Positions 1 to 12,830 of a DNA stretch of 64,000 nucleotides are shown one piece after another. The stretch comes from Eledone cirrhosa. Its lineage: Eukaryota. Every line of letters starts with the position of its first letter. Position 1 is the stretch's first letter. Location of the stretch: positions 182,900,001-182,964,000 of the forward strand of contig OZ024740.1 of NCBI GenBank assembly GCA_964016885.1, in the 5' to 3' direction. The position numbers and the translations under genes are program-made. The notes beneath the pieces are model-generated. The model was not told where the DNA came from. It searched no databases and saw only the letters and a list, made by a program, of their open reading frames with translations.

Positions 1-600
1 GCTAAACTCCGACTGGTAACCATCTCACTCAACAAACATTAGGTTATATGTTAGTATAAACCCAATTTAAGTGTTTGGCGTGCTAACTATATGTATTTTG
101 TGGAAAGCCAGTTGTATTATTTTATGAGATATAATTAAAGTTAAAATATATCTCTCTTTCCAAACAATTGTTTCATTATAAGTTTTCTACAAATTGGGAG
201 AATGTTTCCAGTTTATGTAAAAGACTAACATATATTCATGTATATATATATATATATATATGTTAGATTATTGAATGGAACCCATATTGCTAGCAATTAT
301 TTTATGGAAAAATGATTAGATAAATGGTATATACCATTTCAGAAATATCACAAACATTTGTTTAGAATGTTAATTGTGGTTGTCCATTTTAAATTATTTT
401 TATTTCTTTGATTTAGGTCCTTCATTACTTGTCTTCCAGATTTATCTCATCATGCAAATACCAAATCCCAGTTTCACCATCTCATTACTTGACATTAACA
501 TGTTTAAAACAAATAATTTGTAACATTTGAGGTAACCAAACAATGTATTTGCAATGCTTAAATATGTTAGCATTGTTAAATTGCCATTTCAACCAATTCT

Positions 601-657
601 CTAAATGTCTGAAGTACTTTCACATTCATTCATCCATTCTATAATTCTACTTTCACC
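601..657 (-). other. Candidate terminal coding exon of an unidentified host gene
   Basis: Minus-strand acceptor ttgttacattttcag|GT, open frame (G)ESRIIEWMNECESTSDI* and a downstream AATAAA near 400. No homology recognised. Confidence 0.2.
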
Positions 658-1076
658 TGAAAATGTAACAACAAATAACTGCTGTCATTCCTCTCTTGAA
701 GAAAACCTTAGAAAATTTGAAGCAATGAGTGACCCCTTATAGAGTTTCATTGCAATGTAGAAATTAGCACCTAACACTCCCTTTATTCACAATCTAACAG
801 TACTAAAAAAACTAAAGGCAGGATATATTAGATAATGTAATATCAGATAAGCCATGCCTGTAATGATACCCTTGAGGCTAAACAACAATATGAACACAGG
901 AAAGAGTCATATTAGCAAAATACATCTTTATGTGCACATTTGAGATGCTACAAATAATAGCTCATTCTCCTTCACAGCCCTACCATCTTAAATAAATGGA
1001 AAGAGACATTGGAATGTCAGAGCTGGGATATATTTTATGAGTTCTTCTGTTTTAGGGCTAACACAGATCTAAACAA

Positions 1077-1078
<2 letters not shown>

Positions 1079-1145
<67 letters not shown>
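1079..1145. repeat. (TC)n microsatellite
   Basis: Direct reading; explains the SLSLSL ORF. Confidence 0.95.
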
Positions 1146-1149
<4 letters not shown>

Positions 1150-1320
1150 CTTACTTTCTTCCTTTGTATTTCACTACTGCTACATTCTCTTCAAATCCTC
1201 TATATCAATATCACAAATGTTTCACTTCTTGAATCACTAACATTTAGTCTGTTCACCTATTGTTCTCCGGTCAGTTGCCAGGTTGATACATTGGAACATA
1301 TTTACTTCGTTCTGCAGTTG

Positions 1321-1520
1321 AGGTACATGACCTAATGGTAAGAGTGTTGGACTTACAATCATGTCATGGGTTCAACTTCTGGGCAGGGTTGATTTTTTGT
1401 GCAAACACTTCATTTCCCATTGCTCTAATATATGCAACAATAGCTGGGGCTTTAACCCTGACATGGACTTGTGTCCTGTCCAGAGGGTAGTCTTGTACCC
1501 TCAGTTCAGACTTCTACAAA
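1321..1520 (+). mobile_element. Old tRNA-derived SINE copy
   Basis: A-box/B-box-like head (tgacctaatggtaagagtgttggacttacaatc...gggttcaa) and body shared with copies at ~16038, ~27852, ~34070(-) and ~49894. Confidence 0.7.
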
Positions 1521-3642
1521 TTTTCCTGAACTTGCTGAACAATATATGATCATCCCAAGATCGATAGGGTACCAGTCATATAATGGAGTCTATTTTCCTT
1601 TCTCACTTTCCTAAATTCAAAATATATTGCACTGTAAGAAAGGTCACAAAGCACCACTCACATCATCTCTTCCATCAGGAAAGGTGAACAGTGTGTGTGT
1701 GTGTGTGGGGGGGGGGGGGGTCAATCAGTCACTGACATATGTTTGAAGCAGTACAAGGATGATACAATGGGAAGTACAACACTGAATGGTAAAATAATAA
1801 ATAAATATACTCCTAGAAATCATCTAGACAGTCTGCTGCAGGTTAAGGAAACACTAACCCAACAATTTCATAACACTATATTACATACATTCAGTGCTGG
1901 ACTTACCTATAAACTAAATAAGCTATAGCTTAGAGCCGCACACCTTCGGGGGCATCATTAAAAAAATATATACTTTCATTTTAGCATTAGTGTTTATACT
2001 TTGACACTAAATCATAAAAAATCATATAATATATATATTAATACAAAATTATATAATAACCAGGCATGATTATTTAACATTATTTTACCCAAATGTTTTA
2101 GAGAAGGGCCTGAAATTGCATATAGCTTAGGGCCTGAGCAAGTGAAAGTCATGGCATGCATACATTCGATGTTGCTTGGTAATGTCATATAAAAAAATAA
2201 CATTACACAGATCTTAGTCATTTCTATATTGTCATGTATATACGTCAGTATGTTTGGCAATATTACTATTGCATTTTAATATCAGAGGGCTAAACTATTG
2301 GGAAGGGAACATATTGGATAAGAAGATTGGGATAAGGTGGGACTTGGAGCCTGAAGCATGGAAAATATTGGAAATATTCCAAGAAACAATAAAATTAAAG
2401 ATTGCAAATAATCAAGGCTGCCCCAGGACCCAAAGATATCAAAAAGATTTCAGAGCAAGTGTGTGTGTGGCTTAGAAGTTTGTTTTGTGGCCATGTGGTT
2501 TTGAGTTTGGTACCACAACTTGGTATTTTGAGAAAATGTCTTTTACTGGAACCTTGAATTAATTTTGAAGGCTGTGCACTAGCATGGGAACAATGTGATA
2601 ACTAAAACCAAGAATGGTATAATAGAATAAGAATAACCTTGTAAGCCAAAAACTTAGTCTCTACATTGTCACTAGAGGGGAGGAAATCAACAAGATCCCA
2701 GACCTCCTTCACTTACCGAATGGGGTAGAACATTTCAAAGTGGACCAAGGAAACAATGTTTCTATTGGTCTTTCTATTACTGATACTCTCTACCAGATGC
2801 AATTCCTAGAACTACAAGAAATAGCAGTCAAATATCCTACAAAATGCACCTTACTGTCATAAAACAGGAAGGACACACTGCAAAATGTGGTTCTAAATAT
2901 ATTGTACCTGTAAAATATGGTGAAGTGAACATGGCTGGAATGCTTTTAATCATAGAACTGTTTCATTAAAGTTGACCTGGGGCTAAACAACAATAGTATG
3001 CCTCTATATTCCCTGAAAATGTCTACAACAACAACATCTAAATTCACTTTAAAAAAATGTATATGGCAACAGCTCATGTGTGCTGTTGTTAAATCACCCT
3101 TGTGTATAAGATTAGCCAGCCACCAATGAGGTTACATCTCTTTGGTGCTTTAATGATAAAGACCCTAGTTCTATTATGCCATGATTCGTCTCATGAAAAA
3201 TAGTTGGGATTTGAACTCAGAATGTACAGAACAAGAACAAATACCACAGGGCATTCCATTCAATGCTTTTATAATTCCACTTATCCATTACCCTTACCTA
3301 TATTTTACTTATCAATACCGAAACGATGAAACACAATGTTACCCTTAGGGAGATTTGAACTTAGAGTGCAAAGAGCTGGAAAAATACCACATTACAAGGT
3401 ATTTAATCCAACATTTTAAACATTCTACCAATTTTCCGCATTCACCTTTTGTTTCCAATACCAGTAAAATTTGGGAACAAAATAAATATATAAATCAATG
3501 ACAGTTTGTACTATTGATGTACGTATGTATGAACCATATTCTGGTGGAGTCGTAGGGGTGCTATAGTGTCATACAGCATTGCTTGGGAAATTTTAAAACT
3601 TGGTGAAGCCCATCCCTTCATCAGGTCTGAACACAGACAATT

Positions 3643-3692
3643 TCTTCTTCTTCTTCTTCTTCTTCTTCTTCTTCTTCTTCTTCTTCTTCTTT

Positions 3693-3723
<31 letters not shown>

Positions 3724-3752
3724 GGGGAGAGAGAAAGAGAGAGTGTGTGTGT
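3643..3752. repeat. Compound microsatellite (CTT)n-(TA)n-(GA)n-(GT)n
   Basis: Direct reading; explains the poly-R and poly-L ORFs. Confidence 0.95.
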
Positions 3753-4188
3753 GGGTGGGAAAGAGATACAGAAGAAGAAACGACAGCAGTATTGATGTAG
3801 TTTTTGTATTAATAGTCTCTTTGTTGTTTTCTTTATTCATAGTGTTAGTTCTGGTAATATTGAAGATTACTACACCAACATGCTTTTGTCGGTACTATTA
3901 ACAGCAACAATCTACTCTTAATATGCTCTAGTAGTAGTGGTCGTTGATTTATATAACGCTCATTTGATCTGTTCTAAACTAGTACATTTCTTAGTAGAAT
4001 CCTCCTCACATCAAAGTAGCCATTTATTTCTTCAAACATTCGTAATTAAAAGACATCTCTATCAACCGTCCAGTTTTTCACTTTGATCTTCTACATATTT
4101 TTACTGTCATTAGCATCTAAACAATTCATCACATTGTTCATCTCTCATAACTACTAAGTGTAAATTTAATGATTTTTGTTCCTTTCAG

Positions 4189-4237
4189 ATTTTGGTATCA
4201 CAATACTAATGCAATGCTATAGCCCAGAGGGTTCCAA
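4189..4237 (+). other. Candidate internal micro-exon
   Basis: Strong acceptor tttttgttcctttcag| and donor AA|gtaagt; one open frame xFGITILMQCYSPEGS. No partner exons identified. Confidence 0.25.
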
Positions 4238-5907
4238 GTAAGTCAAGCCTTCTGCAAAATATTCTATGATTTCACAAGATGAGGTGTCTTTTAATAAAAT
4301 TTTATAAAAAATATATAGCATATTCTTTTATATGAATACATTCTTTCTCTAAACAATTTTTTATTTTATTTAATGTCCTATTAAAATTAGGATGGTGTGA
4401 TTTGTCTAGAAAATAAAGGCATGGATTTTGCAAATTTGGGAAAAATCAACAAAGTTTCCATGGCAATAAGTTTAGGATCCACTGTTGTAGCCAACAAGTG
4501 AAATGAATTAAATCCCACTGACCTTATTCAATATAATAGGGACCAGAAGCTTTTAAAATGGGGTTCACATGATTAAGATCCTAAATCTTAGAACAGTATG
4601 CCTTCCTACATCCCTTTAACTGAGAATTAATGCTGACTGAATGAACCTTGAATAGTTCTCTCTGAGATGGAAATACATCAACCAGCTGGGCCAACTCAAT
4701 ACTAACAACATTAATGATTATATTATTTGGAAGAAGGTTAGGAAAATATGAATAATGTACTTAATGTGTGTGTGGGGGGTATGATCAAAATATTTCATTA
4801 GCGCAGAGGAAATACCAATTGTCAATAATAAAGATAATAGGAATGACAATTACAAAAAAAAAACAATAGAAATATCAGACAATTTTATACTCAGTTATTT
4901 GTTTTGCTTTTGTTTTTCTTTTGTATTATTTTCCATCTGAATTATGAGATTGTCAATAATGTAAACCATAAAAACCTGAATGAGAAAATAACAAAGATGA
5001 TTGTGAGTAACTCAGGAATATCCATTTTCATATCTTCATACAATAAAGAATTATAGCAGAGTGTATAAGTTACATTGCAAGTTTTATCATGAGGAAACAA
5101 ACATCTGGTAATTCTGTGGAGACCCTTATGATGAAGAAACTAATGAAAAATTGGAGACACTTGTCTCGAACTGGAAAAACCAATAGACAGTAGTAGCAGT
5201 GGTGGTAGTGGTGGTTGTTTTCCTTTTTGTATTGTTTATAGCTTACTATCAATTACGTTTATGGTATGTATAGATGACTTGTATGATAAACGTTCTAAAC
5301 TAGAACTGTCTTTAATAATAATAACCTATGTAAATCTAATAACGAGTTGAGTTAAAGAGAATAAATATTGATTTATATTATAGGCACAAGGCCATATTTT
5401 CCCTTTTAATGATGAACCCTGAGGGGCCTCATAGATAGGAGAGAGGGAGGAATGTAATCTTTAACTTTGAAACCTGGCCTGAATGCTTGTAATAGTGTAG
5501 GTTTTGTTACATTTACTTAGGCACTGGATTAAATCTATGATCAAAGTAAGCAACACAGTATTTGAACTCAAAATATACAGAAACAGAACAATTACCATTA
5601 GGCATCTTTTGCCACTGCACTGCCATGTACTGGTGTTTTATTTTATTGACTTGAAAAGGATGGAATAATATTATCAGAGCAGTGCTTAAACTCAGATCAC
5701 AGAGAGCCAAAACAAATAGAGCATGTCATTTTTTCAGATGCTTTAATAAATCAAGTGGGCATTTTCAATAATTTAAATCCTCAATACTTGACTAGTACTT
5801 ATTTTATTAAGCCCAGGGTGTTGAGAAGCGACGTTGATGTTAGTGGCATTCAAACACAAGATGTAAAGACTTTTAAATAGATATTGTGGGATATGTATTC
5901 TGATACT

Positions 5908-6084
5908 GGTGGCTGGATTAATTATTAAGCAAAATAAGCCCCTGCTTAGGAGTGCAGAGAGGCACTATTTTGTTCAAATTAAATGTATTTGTCATTTAAA
6001 AGAAATTTGCTTGCAGATTTTATATATGGGAGGCACCGGAATTTGATAACTGCTTAGGACCTCAAAATATTTAATTCCATCCTA
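5908..6084. mobile_element. hAT-like MITE relic inserted in a SINE
   Basis: Flanked by 8-bp direct repeat CTGATACT (5900-5907 and 6085-6092); degenerate inverted ends ggctggattaa/ttaattccatcc. Confidence 0.5.
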
Positions 6085-6422
6085 CTGATACTCTAATAAT
6101 TCTGTCACTCTACTGTTTTCATGATATTATGAATTAAAATAACAATGATTTCTAACATTCTCCAAAGGCCACAAATTTTGCAAGGTTAATGGTGAAGATT
6201 GCTTGCTAGGATTTGAGTTCAGAATATAAAGGGCCATAACTAAATATGGCTACGAATTTCTCTGACACTCAAGCAATTCTGCCAATATACTGCCTTGTAA
6301 ATTAGGATATTAACTGCTATTTGTCAAAACTATATTTGAAACAATTTCCTGATGGTGAGTCCCAGTTCAACTCTGATTGAGAAGACCCATCAGCAAAATC
6401 ATTTCATTTTTGACAATTTCAT

Positions 6423-9405
6423 ATCATCATCATCATCATCATCACCGTTTTACGTCCGTTCTTCCACGCTAGCATGGGTTAGACGGGTTGTCCTGTTGTG
6501 GGCAGTGTCTGGTCGGCTGACCATGCCTTGCTCATACAGGAACTGATCTGGCTTGATTTCTACAGCTGGATGCCCTTCCTAACACCAACCTCATTTACAG
6601 TGAGTGCTGGGTGCTTTTTCGTGGCGCCTACACGTCCACTTTACAGTGTGGGCTGGGTGCTTTTTTGCCGTGGCACCTCCACGACCACCTTGCGGTGGGG
6701 GGGGGGCATATTGTTTATATGCTTCAGCATGTACCCATGGGAGGTCGGGTACCCTGTATTACTGCGTGACGCCAGAAGTCACGGTCGTGTGTCATTGACT
6801 TTGAGAGGTGTAGTTGGGTAAGGTCGGCTTTTATCACCTCATCCCAAGTCATCTTGGGTCTCCCCACTCCGCGGTTTCCATCAACTTCTAGTGCTCTGCA
6901 CCTTTTTATGCAGCTGTCATCCTTCATACGCATCACATGTCCATACCAGCGTAACCGCCTCTCCTGCACGCAGCATTTGATTCCTCTTATGCTCAGTCTC
7001 TCTCTCAATTCATTTATGCTTTGTCGTTCACGTATATTACTGTTACACATCCATCGGAGCATGCAGGCTTCGTTTCTCTCTAATCTACGTAAGTCTTCCA
7101 CCTTCAGCGCCCAGGTCTCACTACCATGCAACATCGCTGTTCGGATACACGCATCATACAGTCTGCCTTTCATTCTGAGGGAGAAGCCTTTTGCAGCTAG
7201 CAGTGGTAGTAGTTCCCTAAACTTCTTCCATCCCGTTCTTACCCTAGTTATTGTACTTTCTGAGCACCCACCTCCGTTGCTAATTCGGTCACCTAGGTAG
7301 CAGAAGCTGTCTACTGTTTCTACAGGGCCCTCCCAGAGATTGGTGGTACTTGTTTCCTGTGGCTGTTTGCTTGCTGTTTCAGCACAGCTGCTGCATGTGA
7401 ATCCTACATTCTTAATTAAGCTTCCTGAGATCCCGCTACATCTCTTGTGTACCCATTGTTTGCATTTGGGGCAAAGAATGGAGTTCCTACCTACACCTTT
7501 CCTACATACTGAGCAAGGCCATTTCCCTGAGGGGATCTGGGTTCTGTTTTCTCGTCTACTTATAAGGACCTTAGTCTTTGTCATGTTGACTTTGAGGCCC
7601 TTTCTCTCTAGTCCCTGCTTCCAGGTTTGGAATTTATTCTCTAGTTCTACCATAGATTCAGCTATGAGTGCGAGGTCATCAGCATACAGGAGTTCCCATG
7701 GGCATCCGGTCTTAAACTCCTCCGTTATTGCCTGCAGGACTATGATGAACAGGAGAGGGCTAAGAACAGAGCCCTGGTGGACCCCAACCTGTACGCTAAA
7801 TTCCTCGCTATACTCATTGCCAATCCTAACTTTGCTGACTGCTCCCCTATACATGGCTTGTACCGCTTTCACAAGCCATTCATCTACTCCTAGTTTTCTA
7901 AGAGCCCACCAGATTACTGCACGTGGAACTCTGTCAAAGGCTTTCTCAAGGTCGACAAATGCCAAGTAGAGTGGCTTACTTTTAGCTAGGTACTTTTCCT
8001 GTAATTGCCTCACAAGGAAGAGCGCATCAGTGGTGCCTTTCCCTGGTACAAACCCAAATTGCATCTCGTCTATATTCACCCGGTCCCTAATCAGCTGTGC
8101 TATAACTCTTTCTGTTACTTTCATGACCTGGTCCATCAACTTTATACCTCTATAGTTTCCTCTATCTAGTGCATCGCCTTTACCTTTGTAGCAGTTGACA
8201 ATGATGCTACTGCACCAATCTTTTGGTATGGCCCCCTCTAGTATTACCTGGTTAACGATACGTGTGGTTATAGTGTGACCTACAGACCCAGATGCCTTCA
8301 GCATCTCGGCAGCTATACCCGATGGACCGGTTGCCTTCCCTATCTTCATATCTCTGATTGCCTTACTTACTACGCTGCCGCTGACTTGTACTGCTGGTCC
8401 CTCTATAGGGTCTACGTGGGGTAGGGTCTCTTCTTCCCATGCATTCTCCTCATTTAGTAATCTATCATAATGACTCTTCCATGCATCTTTCTTCTCAGCA
8501 CTTGTGAGGGCAAGCTCACCTTTATCATTCCGGATACACTTCTCTCCAATGACATCACAACTATCTCTGACACACTGCCTCGCAATCTTGAATACCTCCT
8601 GTTTCTGGTCCTCACGTTGTAAAACATGCTTGAATTTTCTATCCTCTGCTTCCCTCCTAGCTAAGTATACTTGTCGCCTAGCTTCCCTCTTGGTCTCTAT
8701 GTAATGTACCCTGCTCCCCCCGTTCTTCCATTCTTTCCATGCCTGTCTCTTGGCCTTGACTGCTTCATCTACCTTATTGTTCCACCACCAAGTCACTCTC
8801 CTCCTGCTTGAGGTCTTACTCCAGCCACAAACCTCATCCGTCGCCTCTAGTAAGTTATTTTTTAGGAACTCCCAGTTCTCTTCTACGTTAAATGTCTCTA
8901 TCTGTTCTTCTTTACTGTCGTAGGCGTTGAGTAAAATATCTTTAAATCTGTTACTGGTTGAGGGGACTTTCAGCTTCCAGATCTTTCTTCTCCAGGTTGG
9001 CCTCTGTTTCAGGGCTCGTCTAGTTCTGACCGTGAGGTCGCTGACAACTAAGCTATGTTGGGATGTACATTCCTCACTAGGGAAGGCTTTTGTGTTTACG
9101 ACCGTCCATCTGTCACGTCCTCTGATGAGGATAAAATCTAACTGACTAGAGTGCTCCCCTGATCTATAGGTGATCAGGTGGTTGTCGGGTTTTTTAAAGT
9201 TTGTGTTACATATCGACATGTCATTGGCGTCGCAGAATTCTAGAAGTCTGAATCCTTCCTCATTCCTTGTGCCAACTCCATGGCCTCCATGTACTCTATT
9301 GAAGCCGTCGCAGTGTTTACCTACGTGTCCGTTAAAATCTCCTGCAATGATTAGGAAGTCCTTGTCGTCTGTTAGAGCAGTAGTGTGTATTAGGGACTCG
9401 TAAAA
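6423..9405 (-). mobile_element. Young 5'-truncated RTE-clade LINE (copy A)
   Basis: Partial APE endonuclease, RT, 3' UTR with 48-bp repeats and a (TGA)n tail at ~6423-6443. Confidence 0.95.
6724..9405 (-). CDS. RTE ORF (truncated APE endonuclease + reverse transcriptase with PHD-like insert), uninterrupted
   Basis: Frame stays open upstream of the listed Met to ~9405 (IIAGDFNGHVG); contains SQLDFILI, NYRGIKL, QFGF, FVDLEKAFDRV, GVHQGSVLSPLLF, LYADD, FCYLG, RLRWYGHV. Confidence 0.93.
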   Translation of the reverse strand, partial: FYESLIHTTALTDDKDFLIIAGDFNGHVGKHCDGFNRVHGGHGVGTRNEEGFRLLEFCDANDMSICNTNFKKPDNHLITYRSGEHSSQLDFILIRGRDRWTVVNTKAFPSEECTSQHSLVVSDLTVRTRRALKQRPTWRRKIWKLKVPSTSNRFKDILLNAYDSKEEQIETFNVEENWEFLKNNLLEATDEVCGWSKTSSRRRVTWWWNNKVDEAVKAKRQAWKEWKNGGSRVHYIETKREARRQVYLARREAEDRKFKHVLQREDQKQEVFKIARQCVRDSCDVIGEKCIRNDKGELALTSAEKKDAWKSHYDRLLNEENAWEEETLPHVDPIEGPAVQVSGSVVSKAIRDMKIGKATGPSGIAAEMLKASGSVGHTITTRIVNQVILEGAIPKDWCSSIIVNCYKGKGDALDRGNYRGIKLMDQVMKVTERVIAQLIRDRVNIDEMQFGFVPGKGTTDALFLVRQLQEKYLAKSKPLYLAFVDLEKAFDRVPRAVIWWALRKLGVDEWLVKAVQAMYRGAVSKVRIGNEYSEEFSVQVGVHQGSVLSPLLFIIVLQAITEEFKTGCPWELLYADDLALIAESMVELENKFQTWKQGLERKGLKVNMTKTKVLISRRENRTQIPSGKWPCSVCRKGVGRNSILCPKCKQWVHKRCSGISGSLIKNVGFTCSSCAETASKQPQETSTTNLWEGPVETVDSFCYLGDRISNGGGCSESTITRVRTGWKKFRELLPLLAAKGFSLRMKGRLYDACIRTAMLHGSETWALKVEDLRRLERNEACMLRWMCNSNIRERQSINELRERLSIRGIKCCVQERRLRWYGHVMRMKDDSCIKRCRALEVDGNRGVGRPKMTWDEVIKADLTQLHLSKSMTHDRDFWRHAVIQGTRPPMGTC

Positions 9406-10320
9406 CCTATATCAGGAATATTTATGACAATATAATTTTTTATCATAATATTTTATCATATATCAGGAATATTTATGACAATATTATTTAATATTTATTT
9501 TCCTTTGTTTTGATCGACTGGATTACTCATTAGCGAAAATGGTAGAGGAAAATGTATTACTTTTATATCAAGCTTCAAAATACATCAGACTACACTAAAT
9601 GAAAACAACTAAAATATAATATACCCCACACCACAACCACACCTTTTAATACACTATTGTATAAGTGCTTAAAATAAGTGATCTTTTATAAGATCACTAG
9701 ACCTGATACAAATAACAGGCATATCTCTTTCAAATGACAGCTGACAATCTTTAAAATATGCACTGCCTTTGATCATTTTTAGCTCTAACAGAGTTGAATA
9801 GGAACAAAAACAACAACAGCATTAAGTTCAGCTACAGCAATAGTAACAACAACTAAAAGAAAAATATGGATTGTCAGCAAATTCCAGTTACAATAAGACC
9901 AATGGAGACAGCTTCCTTCATAAATTTTTACAATCAGTTCCTTTTCCTTCCACACACACATATATGGATGGATAGAGAGGCAAATAGACAGATTTGCACT
10001 AGTTTATCACAGCTACAAAAAAAAACAGCAATTTCTTCTTTTTTTCACTTGTTACCTGTGTTACATATCAAGATATTAAAAGAAAATATTACAAATATGA
10101 GGTGCTGTTAATTGTCACAACTAGAGGAATGTATACAAACAACAGTTAGTTAAGTGACATTGTTGATTAAGGATTGAATATTACTTTGCGAAAACACAGC
10201 AAAATCAATCTGTTTTAAATATAAGTGTTGATAGCCAAGAAATATAAGGATTCCATTAGTAAACAAAGTTTTGTTTTATGCCTAAAACCTTATAATTATA
10301 TATATATATATATACCTATA

Positions 10321-12732
10321 TCATCATGATCATCATCATCATTTTACGTCTGCTTTTCCGTGCTTGCAAAGGGTGGGATGGGTCTTATTCAGCACAGCAT
10401 CTCTCCACTTGTCACGGTCCTTCGTCATCTCCACCATGAGATTCAACGATCTGAGGTCTGTTCTCACCACCTCCGACCATATTTTTTGTGGTCTACCTCT
10501 ACCACGTCTTCCTTCAACTGGCATTTCCTGGCACTTCTTCACCCATCGGTCATCCTCCATGTGCATCACGTGTCCACCGCAGTCTCCTCTCTCGCACACT
10601 ATATTCTATCCATCTCAGACACAATTTCTCTCTCAACACATCCATGCTGGGTCGTCCACGTACATTGACATTGCACATCCAACAGAGCATGCTTGCCTCA
10701 TTTCTCTCCAGCCATCGCATATCCTCTGCAATTGCTGCCCATGTCTTACTACCATCATGCTCCTCACACAGGCATCATATAACCGGCCTTTCGTACGCAG
10801 GGAGAAACCCTTCTTCCCATGCTAATCTGATCTCCTAGGTACCGGAAGCTATCCACCACTTCTATAGCATCCGCCTGCATTTGAAAAATGTGTCTATCAA
10901 TGCGACTTCTACTGTCTAATTTCCCTGTACATCTACTGCATACGTATTTCTCCATACCTGTTAGTTTGCCTGCTATCCCACTACATCTCTTGTGTACCCA
11001 GGATCTGCATTGTGTGCATTTTATAGAATTTATGCCAGTTCCTTTTCTGCATATCGTACATGGCCATTTCTCTGACGGAATCAGAGTTTTGTCCTCTTTT
11101 CTAATCATCAACACTTTTGTCTTAGTTGGTTCACTCTCAGTCCTCTTGCTTCCAACTGCTGTTTCCATAGCCAGAATTTATTCTCTAGCTCCTCTACTGA
11201 TTCTGCTATAAGAACCAGATTGTCAGCATAGAGAAGTTCCCATGGACAGCCAGTCTTAAACTCCTCTGTTATGGCTTGGAGGACTATAATGAACATGAGC
11301 GGGCTGAGGACCAAACCTTGATGTACTCCTACTTGTATCTGGAATTCCTCACTAAACTCCATTCCTACCCTGACTTTACTGACAGCACCTCTGTACAAAG
11401 TTTCCACTGTCCTCACAAGCCATTCCTCAACATCTAGTTTTCTTAGAGACCACCAGATGACAGATCGGGGTACCCTATGAAAGGCCTTCTCTAGGTCAAC
11501 AAAGGCTAAGTATAGTGGCTTATTCTTCTCTAAGAACCTCCCTTAAAATTGTCTCACCAAGAAGAGGGCATCTGTTGTACTTTTCTCAGCCACAAAACCA
11601 AACTGTATCTCATCAAGTTTGACCCTTTCTCTAATTAGTTGTGCTAATATCCTTTCTGCCACTTTCCTAACCTGATTCATCAGTTTTATACCCCTATATT
11701 TGCTCCTCTCCGGAGCATCCCCTTTACCTTTGTAGCAATTTATGAGAATACTGCTGCACCAGTCTTTGGGTATGACACCACCATATATAGTCACATTGAT
11801 GATGCATGCAATCAGTTTAGTGCCTACGTCCCCTGATGCCTTCAGGATCTCAACAACTTACCATTTTTCATTTCCTTAATCGTCTCATGGACCCTATATT
11901 TGTCAATCTCAATAGCTGGTCCCTCTGTCGGATCAACTGAGGGTAATTTTTCTCTCTCCCATTTGTTCTCCACATTCATGAGTCTCTCAAAATGACATTT
12001 CCAGGCCTCCTTTTTCTGATCATTTGTGACACTAAGTACACCGGCATCATTCCGGACACATTTATCTGCAACAACATCCTGATTTGCATTGACACACTGC
12101 CTTGCAATGTGGAACGCCACATGCCTCTGATCTTCCCATCGCAGAACATTGGCAAACCTCGTCCTCTCAGCCTCCCTGCATGTTAAGTACACCTGATGTC
12201 TAGCTTCTCTCTTAGCGGCTGTATATCCTTCTCTACTCCCACCCTTTTCCCAAGCATTTCATGCTAGTCTTTTGTCTCTAATGGCCATATCTACTGTGCT
12301 GTTCCACCACCAGGTCACTCTCTGTCTGGTTGGAGAACTGCTCCAGCCACAAGTTTCATCAGTCGCCTGCAGTAAGTTGTCACATAAGAAATTCCAGTTA
12401 TTATCTATGTCATATGTCTCTAAATCGTCTTCTTTTTCGTCATACACTTAGTGAAAGCTTTCCTAAATTTGTATTTTAGTGAAAGGTCTGTTAGCTTCCA
12501 GACCTTTCTTCTCCACACCTTCCTGTATGTCTCATTCCATCTCTTGCTTACTGATATATCACTTACGACTAACCTATGCTATGGGGTACATTCTTCCCCA
12601 GGGTATGCCTTGATATTTGACACCATTTGCCTGCCCCATTGCCTAACTAGTAAGAAGTCAATCTGGCTTATGCGCTCGCCTGATTTGTAGGTTATTAGGT
12701 GGTTGGCAGGTTTCTGGAAGTTAGTGTTGCAA
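10321..12732 (-). mobile_element. Older degraded RTE LINE (frameshifts and stops)
   Basis: Collinear ORF fragments at 12447, 12192, 11794, 11416, 11168 and 10599 match copy A protein; (TGA)n tail at left end. Confidence 0.92.
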
Positions 12733-12792
12733 ATATATATATATATATTATTTGTATTTTATTGGCAGCTGTGAGGAATATGTGTGTGTATG

Positions 12793-12830
<38 letters not shown>

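Noticed and set aside
1009-1335. Low-complexity ORFs (also 3511-3901, 44292-44723, 56758-57001, 63591-63999)
   Set aside because: Open only because of microsatellites.
2690-2775. Minus-strand exon ending at a gtaagt donor near 2716
   Set aside because: Acceptor is purine-rich and weak; the plus strand reads PPSLTEWG, more like a transposase relic, and neither can be supported.
6854-7969. Antisense ORFs of 148 and 209 aa (mirrored at 23739-24854)
   Set aside because: Shadow frames of the RTE RT with no recognisable domain; their identity in both copies just reflects recent duplication.
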